Source: Candidatus Heimdallarchaeota archaeon (GTDB lineage Archaea; Asgardarchaeota; Heimdallarchaeia; JABLTI01). From it: a stretch of 64,000 bases of DNA. The position numbers were made by a program, and so were the translations under genes. The notes beneath the pieces were generated by a model. The model did not search any database. It saw only the letters and a list, made by a program, of their open reading frames with translations, and was not told the DNA's origin. The stretch covers positions 64,001-128,000 of the forward strand of contig DXJV01000029.1 in the NCBI GenBank assembly GCA_019056785.1. The letters run 5' to 3'. Shown here piece by piece: positions 8,686 through 18,501 of this stretch. The stretch's first letter is position 1. Each line of letters opens with the position of its first letter.

Positions 8686-11616
8686 GTGATTGTTGTGCAG
8701 CAAGATGTTTGGCAAAAACGAACATTTTTCGGAGCTTTCCTCCTAGTTTCAGTAGCTCTTTGTCTAATTGCCACTCAATATACCGCTTGCAACAACATAT
8801 CAGCTTCCCTTTGGGATAAAGCACTACCAATGAGAGAGAGGAAAACTACCAATGCATTTCAAATGCTTGGGCCTTATTCTGCTGACAGTTTTATCACTAA
8901 TGGAGAGGAAAACGATGCCAATACCGGCGGTGATGCAGGAGACTCGATTGCTTTTGCAACAAATATCACAGAAGGAACGTATAATGGAACTTTAACCGAT
9001 GGTGATAAAGACTATTACCGATTTAATGTTAAAACAGGGGTTATTATTAATGTTTCAATGATCCCGTTGAATCTTTCAATTAATTTTGATTTGACATTAT
9101 ATTCGCCGGAGTCCAGCCCACTAATCCATGATTATAAGGATGCCGGCCTTCGCGAAACATTAATCTGGTCGACAGCAAGCTCAGGCAATTTCACCATCTC
9201 CATTCTCCCTACTACACCAAGTGATATTGGTAATTATAGTTTTACAATTATATTAACAGCACAAAATGACTTCAACACTCAAACAGATGCAGGAAACTCG
9301 TTCGGTGATGCCATTTTAATTACAAGTGGCTCATCTTATGGAAAATTGGTTGAAACTAGTGATACTAACGACTTTTACAAGATTGCAATCCAAAAAGGAC
9401 AGATTATCAGCATTTTACTCGAGTCAGAAAACACAACTAATTTAGACCTTTATCTCCTTGACAAAGAAAGCGTCCAGCTTGATAGCTCGACAAAATTAAC
9501 CGGGGTCAACGAATCAATTTATCATGCCATTAATCAAGAGAACAATTATATTATTCAGATTGTTTTTATTGAATCGTCTATTGGAGAAGTAATTGTCAAT
9601 TACAATCTCACAATCAGTATTACCACCCAAAATGACGGCAATTCTGGCACTGATGCTGGGGACAATGTTGACGATGCTCTTTATATTATCCCCCTAAGCG
9701 ATTCGAAATTCAAAGGGCGCGTTGTATATAATGGCGATAGAGCAGATTTTTACAAGTTTGACGTCACAAAGCCTACCAATATTATTGCCGTATTATTAGT
9801 TGACGATTTAGTGAATCTGGACTTGAAACTTTATGATGTGAACAAAGTATTATTGTATTCTTCAGAGGAAGAGTACCCCGGTGCAACAGAAGCAATTACA
9901 GATGTGATCCTCAACAATGGAACTTATTACATTTCCATCGAATTTGTTGCTTGGGAAGTGGGGGTTCCACTCACAGCCACTTACACGCTAAATATCGGCT
10001 TGTTGCCGCTTGGGAATAATAATGGAAACCAACACACTGCGGGGGAGATAATTATGATGGTCATAACATATGGTGTATTACCAATTTTTCTCATAGTAAT
10101 TATTATCCTGTTGCTCTATGTCTTTACAGACGTTAAAATACCCGGAATCTCTAATTGGCTTAACAAATATCTAAGTAAAGAGAACAAAGGGGAAACAGTC
10201 AAATCACTAAAATATGCCTTGAAAGTTCGAGAAGAACAAATAAACACACTTCGAGAAGAATCAATACAAAAAGATGCAAAACGCGCCAAGGATTTAGAGA
10301 CAATTCATCGCTTAGAAGAGGATCAAAAGTCAAAGGAAAAAGTAATTGAAAAATTGCGAGAAGAGAATAATACAATGAAAAGAGATTTGGACAATCTCGC
10401 CGTAGTCAGTGAAGATTTAGCGAATATTATTGATAGCACTATTCGAAGGCAACTAGCAAAACAAAATACAAATAAAGTAAAAATCTCCACGATTACATCA
10501 CTCCTTTGGCTGCCGGAAGAACGATTGATAAATTATCTCCATTCTGTTAAATTATTAAGTGAGCGTTATATCTTTGATAAAAACAAAAATTACATTATAA
10601 CTCGAGAGTATGCTCGTGAAACTGTCCGGCAAGCATACTGGAAGCGGGTTGGAGCAATGCATCTAAAGAAGATAAAGCAGGTTAAAATTTCTAACCTTGC
10701 AGATGACACGAACATTGATATTGACACTTTGAAAGGAATCATTCGGGAATTAGTCGAACGAAAAGAAATACCTGCACCAATTCACATGGACCGGGTGTCA
10801 CTCTTATTGTCTATTTCAGACGAACTTATTGCCGAGCTTGCTGAGGTTGCACAAAACACCCCGGTAATTTCGCTAAAAGAGCTTTCCGAGTCTTATGATA
10901 CTTCTTGCGAGAGTGCGAGAGTTATCCTCCAAAAAATCGCAGAAGAAGAATACACCAAAGGTGAATTTATTAGTGATGATATCTTCATCGTCTACGACCT
11001 TTTTGCGAAGAAAATTATCAAAGAAGGAAGCATCGAACTTTCAAAATTCATTAAGGAGAACAAACTCGAAAATTTGCTCGAAGAAACCAAGATCATAATC
11101 GAAAAATTGATTCAAGCAGGTCAGCTTGAAGGTGAATATCTAACAGAAGACATGTTCCTCTGCTTCAATAACCTTACAGAGCCCGTAAAGAATCTAATAA
11201 AGGAAAGTATTGAAGACATTCGAAACGGAAATACCCGCAAAGTAGTCTTTGATATCGGGAGTGTTGTTGAATCAATTGTAAAAGAACGCTTAATCTTAGA
11301 CATCCATGAATTTGACGATGTTGATAAACTACCAAAGTATCAAGAAGTAATTGAAGCAAAAGAACTGGGACGTATTTTACGAGCAGCAGAAGACTGTAAG
11401 ATTACGTTGCCAGCGAATGTTGAGTTAAAGTCTCTCAACAGATTTTGGGCTCAGAAAATTAAACATACAAAACCTGGAGAACTCCCCTATAACCCAACAA
11501 TTAAAGAAGCACGTGAATTCTTGTTTGAAGCTAATAAAGCATTGAATAAACTTCTCGAGCAAAAAATCCCCAAGAATTGGAAGAAGAAAATAGCAGCAAA
11601 ACTAAGCAAAGATTGA
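8686..11616 (+). CDS. Single-pass membrane protein: signal, 3 PPC-like repeats, TM, coiled coil, tandem winged-helix/PCI-like repeats, HEPN-like C-terminus
   Basis: Three repeats of about 120 aa starting NDxNxxxDAG at nt 8911, 9265 and 9631, each with D-D/FY-F and DLxLY PPC motifs; TM at about nt 10045-10125; heptad region; helix-turn-helix repeats. Confidence 0.75.
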   Translation: MIVVQQDVWQKRTFFGAFLLVSVALCLIATQYTACNNISASLWDKALPMRERKTTNAFQMLGPYSADSFITNGEENDANTGGDAGDSIAFATNITEGTYNGTLTDGDKDYYRFNVKTGVIINVSMIPLNLSINFDLTLYSPESSPLIHDYKDAGLRETLIWSTASSGNFTISILPTTPSDIGNYSFTIILTAQNDFNTQTDAGNSFGDAILITSGSSYGKLVETSDTNDFYKIAIQKGQIISILLESENTTNLDLYLLDKESVQLDSSTKLTGVNESIYHAINQENNYIIQIVFIESSIGEVIVNYNLTISITTQNDGNSGTDAGDNVDDALYIIPLSDSKFKGRVVYNGDRADFYKFDVTKPTNIIAVLLVDDLVNLDLKLYDVNKVLLYSSEEEYPGATEAITDVILNNGTYYISIEFVAWEVGVPLTATYTLNIGLLPLGNNNGNQHTAGEIIMMVITYGVLPIFLIVIIILLLYVFTDVKIPGISNWLNKYLSKENKGETVKSLKYALKVREEQINTLREESIQKDAKRAKDLETIHRLEEDQKSKEKVIEKLREENNTMKRDLDNLAVVSEDLANIIDSTIRRQLAKQNTNKVKISTITSLLWLPEERLINYLHSVKLLSERYIFDKNKNYIITREYARETVRQAYWKRVGAMHLKKIKQVKISNLADDTNIDIDTLKGIIRELVERKEIPAPIHMDRVSLLLSISDELIAELAEVAQNTPVISLKELSESYDTSCESARVILQKIAEEEYTKGEFISDDIFIVYDLFAKKIIKEGSIELSKFIKENKLENLLEETKIIIEKLIQAGQLEGEYLTEDMFLCFNNLTEPVKNLIKESIEDIRNGNTRKVVFDIGSVVESIVKERLILDIHEFDDVDKLPKYQEVIEAKELGRILRAAEDCKITLPANVELKSLNRFWAQKIKHTKPGELPYNPTIKEAREFLFEANKALNKLLEQKIPKNWKKKIAAKLSKD

Positions 11617-11648
11617 GAGAAAAAATTGTAAGGGGCAAAAGTGCCCAA

Positions 11649-14117
11649 TTACGAATAAATGTAAGTTAATTTTCGGCGGTTCTGTAAACGCATAAGAAGC
11701 CGCTCAATAAATGAGAGGGACGGTTTATAAAGAAGAGCAATAGTATCCTCATATAGATAGAGAAATTCTATGCGGTTCAATTTTATTTCCATGATCTCAT
11801 CAAGCGTTTGTAAAATAAGTGAATCTTCTTTTACATCGGTAACGATCCCTTTAGCAAGAGTATCGAGGTCATCCTTAGTCTGAAATGCAGCCGGTTTCCC
11901 TTTAAGATACTCAATAAGCGAACGCTGCTCCTTTTCATGGTCTTTTTTAATATAAACATCAAAAGGTTTGAATGCTACAATAAATTCATTACCAGCGAAG
12001 GTTTCAGAGCGTTTGCCAGTCACAATCAATTTCGAATCACCGAAATTCTTTTCAGCAAATTCTATGGCAGTTAATTCAGCTAGACGTGTGATGCCCTTTT
12101 GTGCAAAGAGTATAGCTTTCCCTTCGACAGATTTTAGATAGGAAAGAGGAATGCCAGGAACTGAGAAGTCTTTTATTTCCAGACCATTATTAGAAGTGAG
12201 CTCTGCTGTGAAAGCGAATTTTCCTTTTTTAGTGGTGATTTCTTTAATAGTAACAATCAGACCATTTTTCAAAACCTGTTTCTGACCTACTGCCATTTCA
12301 AAAATGTTGTAATCACTTAACAAGAGTTCTTTGGGCCCCTCCGGAGTTTCAAGAGTCAAAGTGAGAGGAGAAGTGATCATATTCGAAAGAGCAATTTTCT
12401 TCACTTTTCCGGTATAAAAGATTGCCTTGTCTGTTTTTGAAATTGCTACAACATCTTTCTTTTCAAAATATTTGTATTGATAAGAAAGATGAGACAATTT
12501 GTCATAATTTTTAATGCCTGTTTTTGGATATTGCTCATTAAAGGTCGCATTTATGATTGGTGCAACTTTGGAACGGACAGCTTGAAGCTCTTTAACAAAA
12601 CGTTTTCGCACACCAGGTAAGATCAATAGAAAAGGTAAAATTGCTGCTTTAAATGGTCGAAGTTTTTCTTGCTCTGTAAGTGCAACCACGCGATAGGCAG
12701 ATTTAGGATGGCTGGCAATGAGATTAATGAAGTTCTCCGTCCAGCTGGGGTGGATATAATTTTGATACATATTTCGTCCGGCATCACCTAAAAAGCGTAA
12801 TTTTTCTGCTGAAGTTTGTTCTTTGTTAGTTAAGAGATAAACACTTAGACCCATTTCGCTGGCAATGCCTTGATAAAAGCCATCAAGTTTGATTAGCGAT
12901 TTTGCCAGTGCAGAACCAAAACCAGCTCGCATAGTATAATTGTCTGCTCGCCCTTCTAGGAAGCGGATAAAGACATAGGAAAAGGCCAGCAAAGCGATAT
13001 TATAAAGATAATACCAAAGGAAGTCCAAACCAACATTTGGATTAAAAATATAGTCAAGTGGGGTTGCAGGAAGTTGTATGGCTTTGGTGATAGCAAACGT
13101 AACAGCCGAAATAACCATTAGCCAGAGAGTATGGACACGCTTTGAATGAGCCAACTCATGACCGGCAATACCACGGATGTCATCATCACTGAAATTGCTG
13201 AGATCTTTAGCCATGAAGGCAATGCGTTTATCAAAGAAAGCACCAAAGGCAAAAGCATTCAAAATTGGCGCTTTAACTTCCCCAACGCGCACCTTTCCAC
13301 GAATGTTTAATTTGGTCTTTACTTCTTCTACCAACTTTAAAATGCGCTCGTCTTTAACTTTCTTAACACCAAAAAAAACATGTAACAACGGACCCGAGAC
13401 GAGATATAATAGAATATTTGTACAAATCATGATCTCGTAGGTTCCAAAAGAAGCGAACAAAACACGTTTTCCAACTTCTTCGGGCACACCCGGAAAGCTA
13501 AAGTTAAGCCCCTTAGCACCTGCAAAACGATAGAGGATGAAATAGGATAAAGCAAACAAAAACAAATATATGACTTGAGGGGAGGTCAGCCGAGAGACCA
13601 GGAGGAATCGTCGCCCAAAGAAAATCAAACAAAGAATGATAAAGACATAAATGAAAATATTCCAAGAAATGCCAAACCACTGCTGTCCGGTAAGACCCCA
13701 ATAAGGCACTTGCTTAGGATGAGTAACCCAGGGAAAGTGTGTCCGGGCATGCCATTCTAACACAACCATAATAAAACGGCCACCTAAAACCACCATATAA
13801 GAGATGAGGGAGGCCAGCATTAATTCTCGCCAGACAGGACTTTGACGAATGGTCCAGAGCGAGTAAATCATAAGCCAACAGAGAGCTGCCAAGATGGCAA
13901 GGAGTGCATCCCGAGTGATTCCTTGAATCAGTCCACCTATGACACCTGCAAGAAGCATCATGAAAAGGTCCGGTTCATTCTTCTGAGTGAGAATAGAATA
14001 TAATTCAGTTAACATAAAAATGCCACAAAAAATAGCTATGGCATAACCCGTCAATGCAGGCAAATTTTCACGTGAAAACCAGCCACTTAAAACATCCATG
14101 AAAGCATTAAGATACAT
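11649..14117 (-). CDS. M48 (HtpX/Ste24-type) membrane metalloprotease with extra N-terminal TMs and a beta-rich C-terminal extension
   Basis: LNAFAFG, GHELAH (HExxH), EGRAD, SHPKSAYRV motifs. Confidence 0.88.
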   Translation of the reverse strand: MYLNAFMDVLSGWFSRENLPALTGYAIAIFCGIFMLTELYSILTQKNEPDLFMMLLAGVIGGLIQGITRDALLAILAALCWLMIYSLWTIRQSPVWRELMLASLISYMVVLGGRFIMVVLEWHARTHFPWVTHPKQVPYWGLTGQQWFGISWNIFIYVFIILCLIFFGRRFLLVSRLTSPQVIYLFLFALSYFILYRFAGAKGLNFSFPGVPEEVGKRVLFASFGTYEIMICTNILLYLVSGPLLHVFFGVKKVKDERILKLVEEVKTKLNIRGKVRVGEVKAPILNAFAFGAFFDKRIAFMAKDLSNFSDDDIRGIAGHELAHSKRVHTLWLMVISAVTFAITKAIQLPATPLDYIFNPNVGLDFLWYYLYNIALLAFSYVFIRFLEGRADNYTMRAGFGSALAKSLIKLDGFYQGIASEMGLSVYLLTNKEQTSAEKLRFLGDAGRNMYQNYIHPSWTENFINLIASHPKSAYRVVALTEQEKLRPFKAAILPFLLILPGVRKRFVKELQAVRSKVAPIINATFNEQYPKTGIKNYDKLSHLSYQYKYFEKKDVVAISKTDKAIFYTGKVKKIALSNMITSPLTLTLETPEGPKELLLSDYNIFEMAVGQKQVLKNGLIVTIKEITTKKGKFAFTAELTSNNGLEIKDFSVPGIPLSYLKSVEGKAILFAQKGITRLAELTAIEFAEKNFGDSKLIVTGKRSETFAGNEFIVAFKPFDVYIKKDHEKEQRSLIEYLKGKPAAFQTKDDLDTLAKGIVTDVKEDSLILQTLDEIMEIKLNRIEFLYLYEDTIALLYKPSLSFIERLLMRLQNRRKLTYIYS

Positions 14118-14298
14118 ATCGTCTGCACCTTGTATAACGATTACAAGTTTCGTTCTTGTTCAAACTACTTTAACAAAAATAAAAAGCATTACTCATAAAC
14201 ATTTCTTTCAAGTAACAAAATTCACAGAAGTGAAGATTGTTGTAGAAAAAGGGAGAAAGAAACGACTAAAAAAGACCACTTTGTTAATCGCCAGTTTT

Positions 14299-15600
14299 TC
14301 AAGTGCGCTTGAAAGTTACCTGCATTGCATGTGCTGAACAAGAGATACAGGGGTCATAAGAACGAACAAGCATATTAAGAAAGAGCTCGATTTCCTCATC
14401 CTTCTTATCGGCAAGGAGAGGGGCAAATTTCTTAGCATCATCTTCGATCTTGTTAACATTGTGAGCCGTGGGAGTGATAACGTCTGCTCTTAAGATAACC
14501 CCTTCATGATTTACATCATACGAATGATTTAACAATCCTCGCGGGGCTTCGGTTGCAATTGTTCCTGTTCCAGCTCGAATCTTGAACTTTTTGTTGTCAT
14601 CCTTAGGTGGAGTTTCGATGTATTTATCAACAATGGCTATTGCTTCGTCTACGCAATGCATCAATTCAATTACACGAGCCAAATTATTGGCGAAGGGATT
14701 GAAGCTGGGAAGTTTGAGACCAAATTGAATGATAAGTGCTTTTGCATCATCTGAGAGAAAGTCGTGATTAATATTCACTCGCGCAAGTGGCGAAACATAA
14801 TAAACAACATCGCCGTTCAACGTGGAAAATTTCGCTGTCGAATAGGCACGAACATCTTCAACAATGAAGTCTTTTTTATAATCATCCGCCGGCTGAACTT
14901 TGCCACTGAGCAAGCATTTAAGATCTCCCTCGAGAAAAGGATAGCTTTTACCATCATAAACAGCTACTTGTTCCGTCTTGTTTTCGTATTGGGGCATTTC
15001 TAAAAAGGTATACAAGTCAGCAAGCACTTGGGTACCATCTTTAAATTCAAGGAGCTTCTTTTTCATCTCCTCAAGTTGGTGAGTGGTTGGATAAAGGCCA
15101 AACCCACCTGGCTTGATGTTTACAGGATGGATTTCACGCCCGCCTATTAATGCTTGTAAGTCGTTTGCAATGCGCTTCATCCTAAGCACTAATTTCACTT
15201 CATTGGGGTAATCGGTGGCCATTTGAATAGCACCATCATAACCCAGAAAGTCCGGTAATGCTAACATACCCACATGGAGTATATGAGATTGTAAGTTTTC
15301 ACCGTGATCCAACAGAACCCGAAATTCTTGCACTTGGTCGCTTGGTTTAATGCCAACAGAGCGCTCGAGAGCAGAAACCGCTGATAATTGGTGAGAAACA
15401 CTGCAAATCGCACAAATTCTCGACATGATGTTAATTGCTTCGTCATATTTTCTTCCGACAGCAAAACCTTCGAAAAAGCGCGCGCCTTCAACAACTTGCA
15501 TCTCAACCTTTTTCACAGTTTCACCATCCATCTCAACGAGCAAATTTCCATGTCCTTCAACACGACAAATGTGTTCAATGTGATAGGTTTTTTTCGTCAT
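14299..15600 (-). CDS. hydA: Group 3b [NiFe]-hydrogenase (sulfhydrogenase) large/alpha subunit
   Basis: RVEGHG, L1 RICAIC, EAPRG, L2 RSYDPCISCSAH plus a short cleavable C-terminal tail. Confidence 0.95.
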   Translation of the reverse strand: MTKKTYHIEHICRVEGHGNLLVEMDGETVKKVEMQVVEGARFFEGFAVGRKYDEAINIMSRICAICSVSHQLSAVSALERSVGIKPSDQVQEFRVLLDHGENLQSHILHVGMLALPDFLGYDGAIQMATDYPNEVKLVLRMKRIANDLQALIGGREIHPVNIKPGGFGLYPTTHQLEEMKKKLLEFKDGTQVLADLYTFLEMPQYENKTEQVAVYDGKSYPFLEGDLKCLLSGKVQPADDYKKDFIVEDVRAYSTAKFSTLNGDVVYYVSPLARVNINHDFLSDDAKALIIQFGLKLPSFNPFANNLARVIELMHCVDEAIAIVDKYIETPPKDDNKKFKIRAGTGTIATEAPRGLLNHSYDVNHEGVILRADVITPTAHNVNKIEDDAKKFAPLLADKKDEEIELFLNMLVRSYDPCISCSAHAMQVTFKRT

Positions 15601-15615
15601 TTTTCATTCCACCAA

Positions 15616-16428
15616 TTATTCAATAAAGTACTCCATTTTCTTCCCTTGTTCTTTCCATTTCTCTCGAAGGAAAGCTTTGAGTTGTTCGTCCTCAGCAGTG
15701 TATTTTAGCAAATGTCTGGTTATGTCTTCAATAGAGGCTCCTTTTTCAAGCATCAAATCAACTTGTTGCTGATAAGCAGCTTGCAAGATCGAGCCACGAC
15801 AACCATCACAAGGCAAATTATGGCTTGGACAGAGAGCACCACAACCAGCTTGCATTACAGGACCCATACAGAGAATGCCATCCTCGAGGAAAATGCAGCG
15901 ATTGCCTTTTTCTTTGCACTGCTGGCATACGGGTATATTCGGCAATTTTGGTGCCCCACCGGCTAAAACATACTTCACAAAATTAAGAAAGTCATATTTA
16001 TTCACGGGGCATTCTAATAAATAGTGATCAACTTTTACAACTTGATTAAGAGGTTTCACTTTAATAACAGGATGCTTTTTCGCTCCTTCGGTTCCATATT
16101 GCCGTACGCGAACTTGTTCGTCGTTCATGAAATTGCGTAATGCTTGCACGCCACCAAAAACTGCACACGTACCAATTGCCACAAGGATCTTAGCCTTCTT
16201 ACGCAGCTCTTTTAACTCTTCTTCTTGTTTTTCATTGACAATACTGCCTTCAACAAAGAGAATATCGTAAGGACCTTCTTTATTACCTGTCATTGCCATT
16301 CTGAAATCGATGATGTCAACAAGTTGCAACAAATCAAGGAGTTCATCCTCTAAATCAAGAATACTTAATTGACAACCCGCACAACCAGTAAAGCCAACAA
16401 TGCCAATTTGAGGTTTTGCTGTAGCCAT
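15616..16428 (-). CDS. hydD: Group 3b hydrogenase small/delta subunit
   Basis: GCAGC, VEGS, GTCAVFGG, ECP, and CxxC/CMGP/CGALCP/CDGCRG Fe-S motifs. Confidence 0.95.
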   Translation of the reverse strand: MATAKPQIGIVGFTGCAGCQLSILDLEDELLDLLQLVDIIDFRMAMTGNKEGPYDILFVEGSIVNEKQEEELKELRKKAKILVAIGTCAVFGGVQALRNFMNDEQVRVRQYGTEGAKKHPVIKVKPLNQVVKVDHYLLECPVNKYDFLNFVKYVLAGGAPKLPNIPVCQQCKEKGNRCIFLEDGILCMGPVMQAGCGALCPSHNLPCDGCRGSILQAAYQQQVDLMLEKGASIEDITRHLLKYTAEDEQLKAFLREKWKEQGKKMEYFIE

Positions 16429-16430
16429 TT

Positions 16431-17294
16431 TTAAAGCGCCTCCAAAAGCCCTTGAATCTCTTCAAGCGAAAAGACCGGTCCATCAAGGCAAACAAATTTG
16501 TCGCCAATACCACAATGGCAACATTTTCCAACCCCACATTGCATTTTTCGCTCGAGAGAAAGGTAGATATTTTCGGGTTTAATCTTCAACTTTTCCAATT
16601 CCATCACCACAAACTTGTACATAATTGGTGGCCCACAGATCATTGCAACAGTGTTAGCTGGGTCAATTTCATCTTTAATGAAGGGGAAAAGCGTAGTCAC
16701 AACACCAATGTTTCCATCCCAGCAACGATCGTCGTCTCTATCCACGGTCTGATGAAAGATGATTTCTTTTTGTTGTTTATATTCATCTTTTTCTTCTGCA
16801 AAGAGCACATCTGTTGGACAACGGTCGCCATAAAGAATGAAAATTTTCCCAAAATCTGCTTTCTTTGCCACAGCTTCTCTAAAAGCAGAGCGGAGTGGTA
16901 AATAACCAATTCCCCCAGCAACAAAGAGAAGATCTTTCCCTTTATTTTCCTCAACAGGGAACCCATTTCCATAAGGACCACGAATACCAACGAGGTCGCC
17001 TTTTTTCAATTGGTGTATTTTTGTCGTAACATTCCCCACCATTCGGATGCCTAATTGAAATAAGCCTTTTTTATGAGGAGAAGAGGCAATACTGATTGGA
17101 ACCTCACCAACACCAAAAACAGAGAGTAAAACAAATTGCCCGGGTTTATAGGTAAAACGTTCATTCAATTGAGAATCAGTAAACTGCAGCTCAAAAAGCT
17201 TGGTGTTATCAGTTAAAGACCGAATATCAACTATTTTTGCAGTTTGGGGTGTACAGTCTCCAAAATCATTATATTTTGCGATTGTCTTAGTCAA
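16431..17294 (-). CDS. hydG: Group 3b hydrogenase gamma subunit (FAD/NAD(P)-binding, 2Fe-2S)
   Basis: PGQF, RGPYGNGF, AGGIG, CGPPIM, CGVGKCCHC; start placed at TTG 17294, overlapping the beta stop (TTGA), with GAGGTG upstream. Confidence 0.93.
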   Translation of the reverse strand: MTKTIAKYNDFGDCTPQTAKIVDIRSLTDNTKLFELQFTDSQLNERFTYKPGQFVLLSVFGVGEVPISIASSPHKKGLFQLGIRMVGNVTTKIHQLKKGDLVGIRGPYGNGFPVEENKGKDLLFVAGGIGYLPLRSAFREAVAKKADFGKIFILYGDRCPTDVLFAEEKDEYKQQKEIIFHQTVDRDDDRCWDGNIGVVTTLFPFIKDEIDPANTVAMICGPPIMYKFVVMELEKLKIKPENIYLSLERKMQCGVGKCCHCGIGDKFVCLDGPVFSLEEIQGLLEAL

Positions 17295-18349
17295 TTTGAT
17301 ACACCTCGAATCATTTTCAAAACATCTCGGACATCTATATTTGCTGGGCAGTAAGTGATACAACGGCCACACCCAACACAACCTTCTAAATTATATCTTC
17401 TTGGGATGTCCACAAATTTATGCAAGTAGCGGTAGCGAAACCGCTGAGATTGGTGCTCACGGAAATTATGCCCGCCGGCAACCAAAGCAAATTCAGGGTA
17501 GTAGCAAGAATCCCAATCACGGATTCGTTCGCCCGTTTTCAAATCAATTGAGAGATTATCTTTAGTGCTAAAGCAATAACAGGTCGGACAAACGAAAGTG
17601 CAGGAGCCACAGAAAAGACATTTCTTGGTGAATTCTTCCCAAACTGAAGACTCAAAATTGTCCTCAATCTCGCTTGCGAGCCCTTCGACTGGAAACTCAC
17701 TCTTAAAGTTCAGTCGTTTTTGTTCCAAAGCCTTAAGATATGCTTGGTGATCCTTGGTAGTAACCTCTTGGAATATTTCGCCATGTGTTCGGAGAAGAGC
17801 CTTCCCTTTATCAGAATTGGGAACAGCAATTAATTTTGTTTTTGAGATGGGCGTTAGCATAATATCATAACCGCTTTTTGGATCGTTCGAGTGCATCGTT
17901 TCACAGAAACAATTCTCATAGCAATGATCCAAACAATTCATACCAATTATCACAGTCCGATCACGAATCTGCGAGAAAAGAGCATCAGTATAATACTCAT
18001 GGAAAATGCGATTCAAAACATTGACACCTGTGATGTCACATGGGCTTGCTCCGAAAACAAGAATTTTTTTCTCAGCTACTCTGGCAGCTAATTCTTCACA
18101 GCTTTCTGTTACACCTTCAGAAAGGCTGTATTTAAAGACCGTTTGTTGGGATGGGAGGAAGATTTTTTTTAGTGGAATCATGGGGAGCTTTTCATTAAAA
18201 AGAATTGAGAATTCCACTTCTTCCGAGGATCGTACTTCCGAAAACGTTGGAACGTTCTTAGCCTTTGTGGGAGCAACGACAATGTGATCATTTACAAGTT
18301 CGTCTACAAGTTTAGGCAAATCTTTTTGTAAGATGATCTTTGAATACAT
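17291..18349 (-). CDS. hydB: Group 3b hydrogenase beta subunit (ferredoxin-like)
   Basis: CLFCGSCTFVCPTCYC and CVGCGRCITYCP; ATG 18349 chosen, TTG 18376 possible. Confidence 0.93.
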   Translation of the reverse strand: MYSKIILQKDLPKLVDELVNDHIVVAPTKAKNVPTFSEVRSSEEVEFSILFNEKLPMIPLKKIFLPSQQTVFKYSLSEGVTESCEELAARVAEKKILVFGASPCDITGVNVLNRIFHEYYTDALFSQIRDRTVIIGMNCLDHCYENCFCETMHSNDPKSGYDIMLTPISKTKLIAVPNSDKGKALLRTHGEIFQEVTTKDHQAYLKALEQKRLNFKSEFPVEGLASEIEDNFESSVWEEFTKKCLFCGSCTFVCPTCYCFSTKDNLSIDLKTGERIRDWDSCYYPEFALVAGGHNFREHQSQRFRYRYLHKFVDIPRRYNLEGCVGCGRCITYCPANIDVRDVLKMIRGVSN

Positions 18350-18501
18350 ATTTGTTTTCCCCGGTTTTAACTTCAAATTAAAATGTGCGAGTTGTTTCGA
18401 AAGAGCCCATATTTAATTATTGTCATAGCGGTTTAATTATAAAAAAACAATGCTTCAAATAAAAGGCAAAAAAAAGAACGAGCTAAAAAGGATGAAAAAA
18501 A

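Noticed and set aside
14299-16428. Selenocysteine-containing hydrogenase or SECIS elements
   Set aside because: All metal ligands are Cys codons and no in-frame TGA interrupts these ORFs.
17295-17381. N-terminal extension of hydrogenase gamma given by the ORF track (likewise 23556-23690 and 60847-60927)
   Set aside because: These extensions overlap upstream genes or likely promoter regions; downstream starts fit better.
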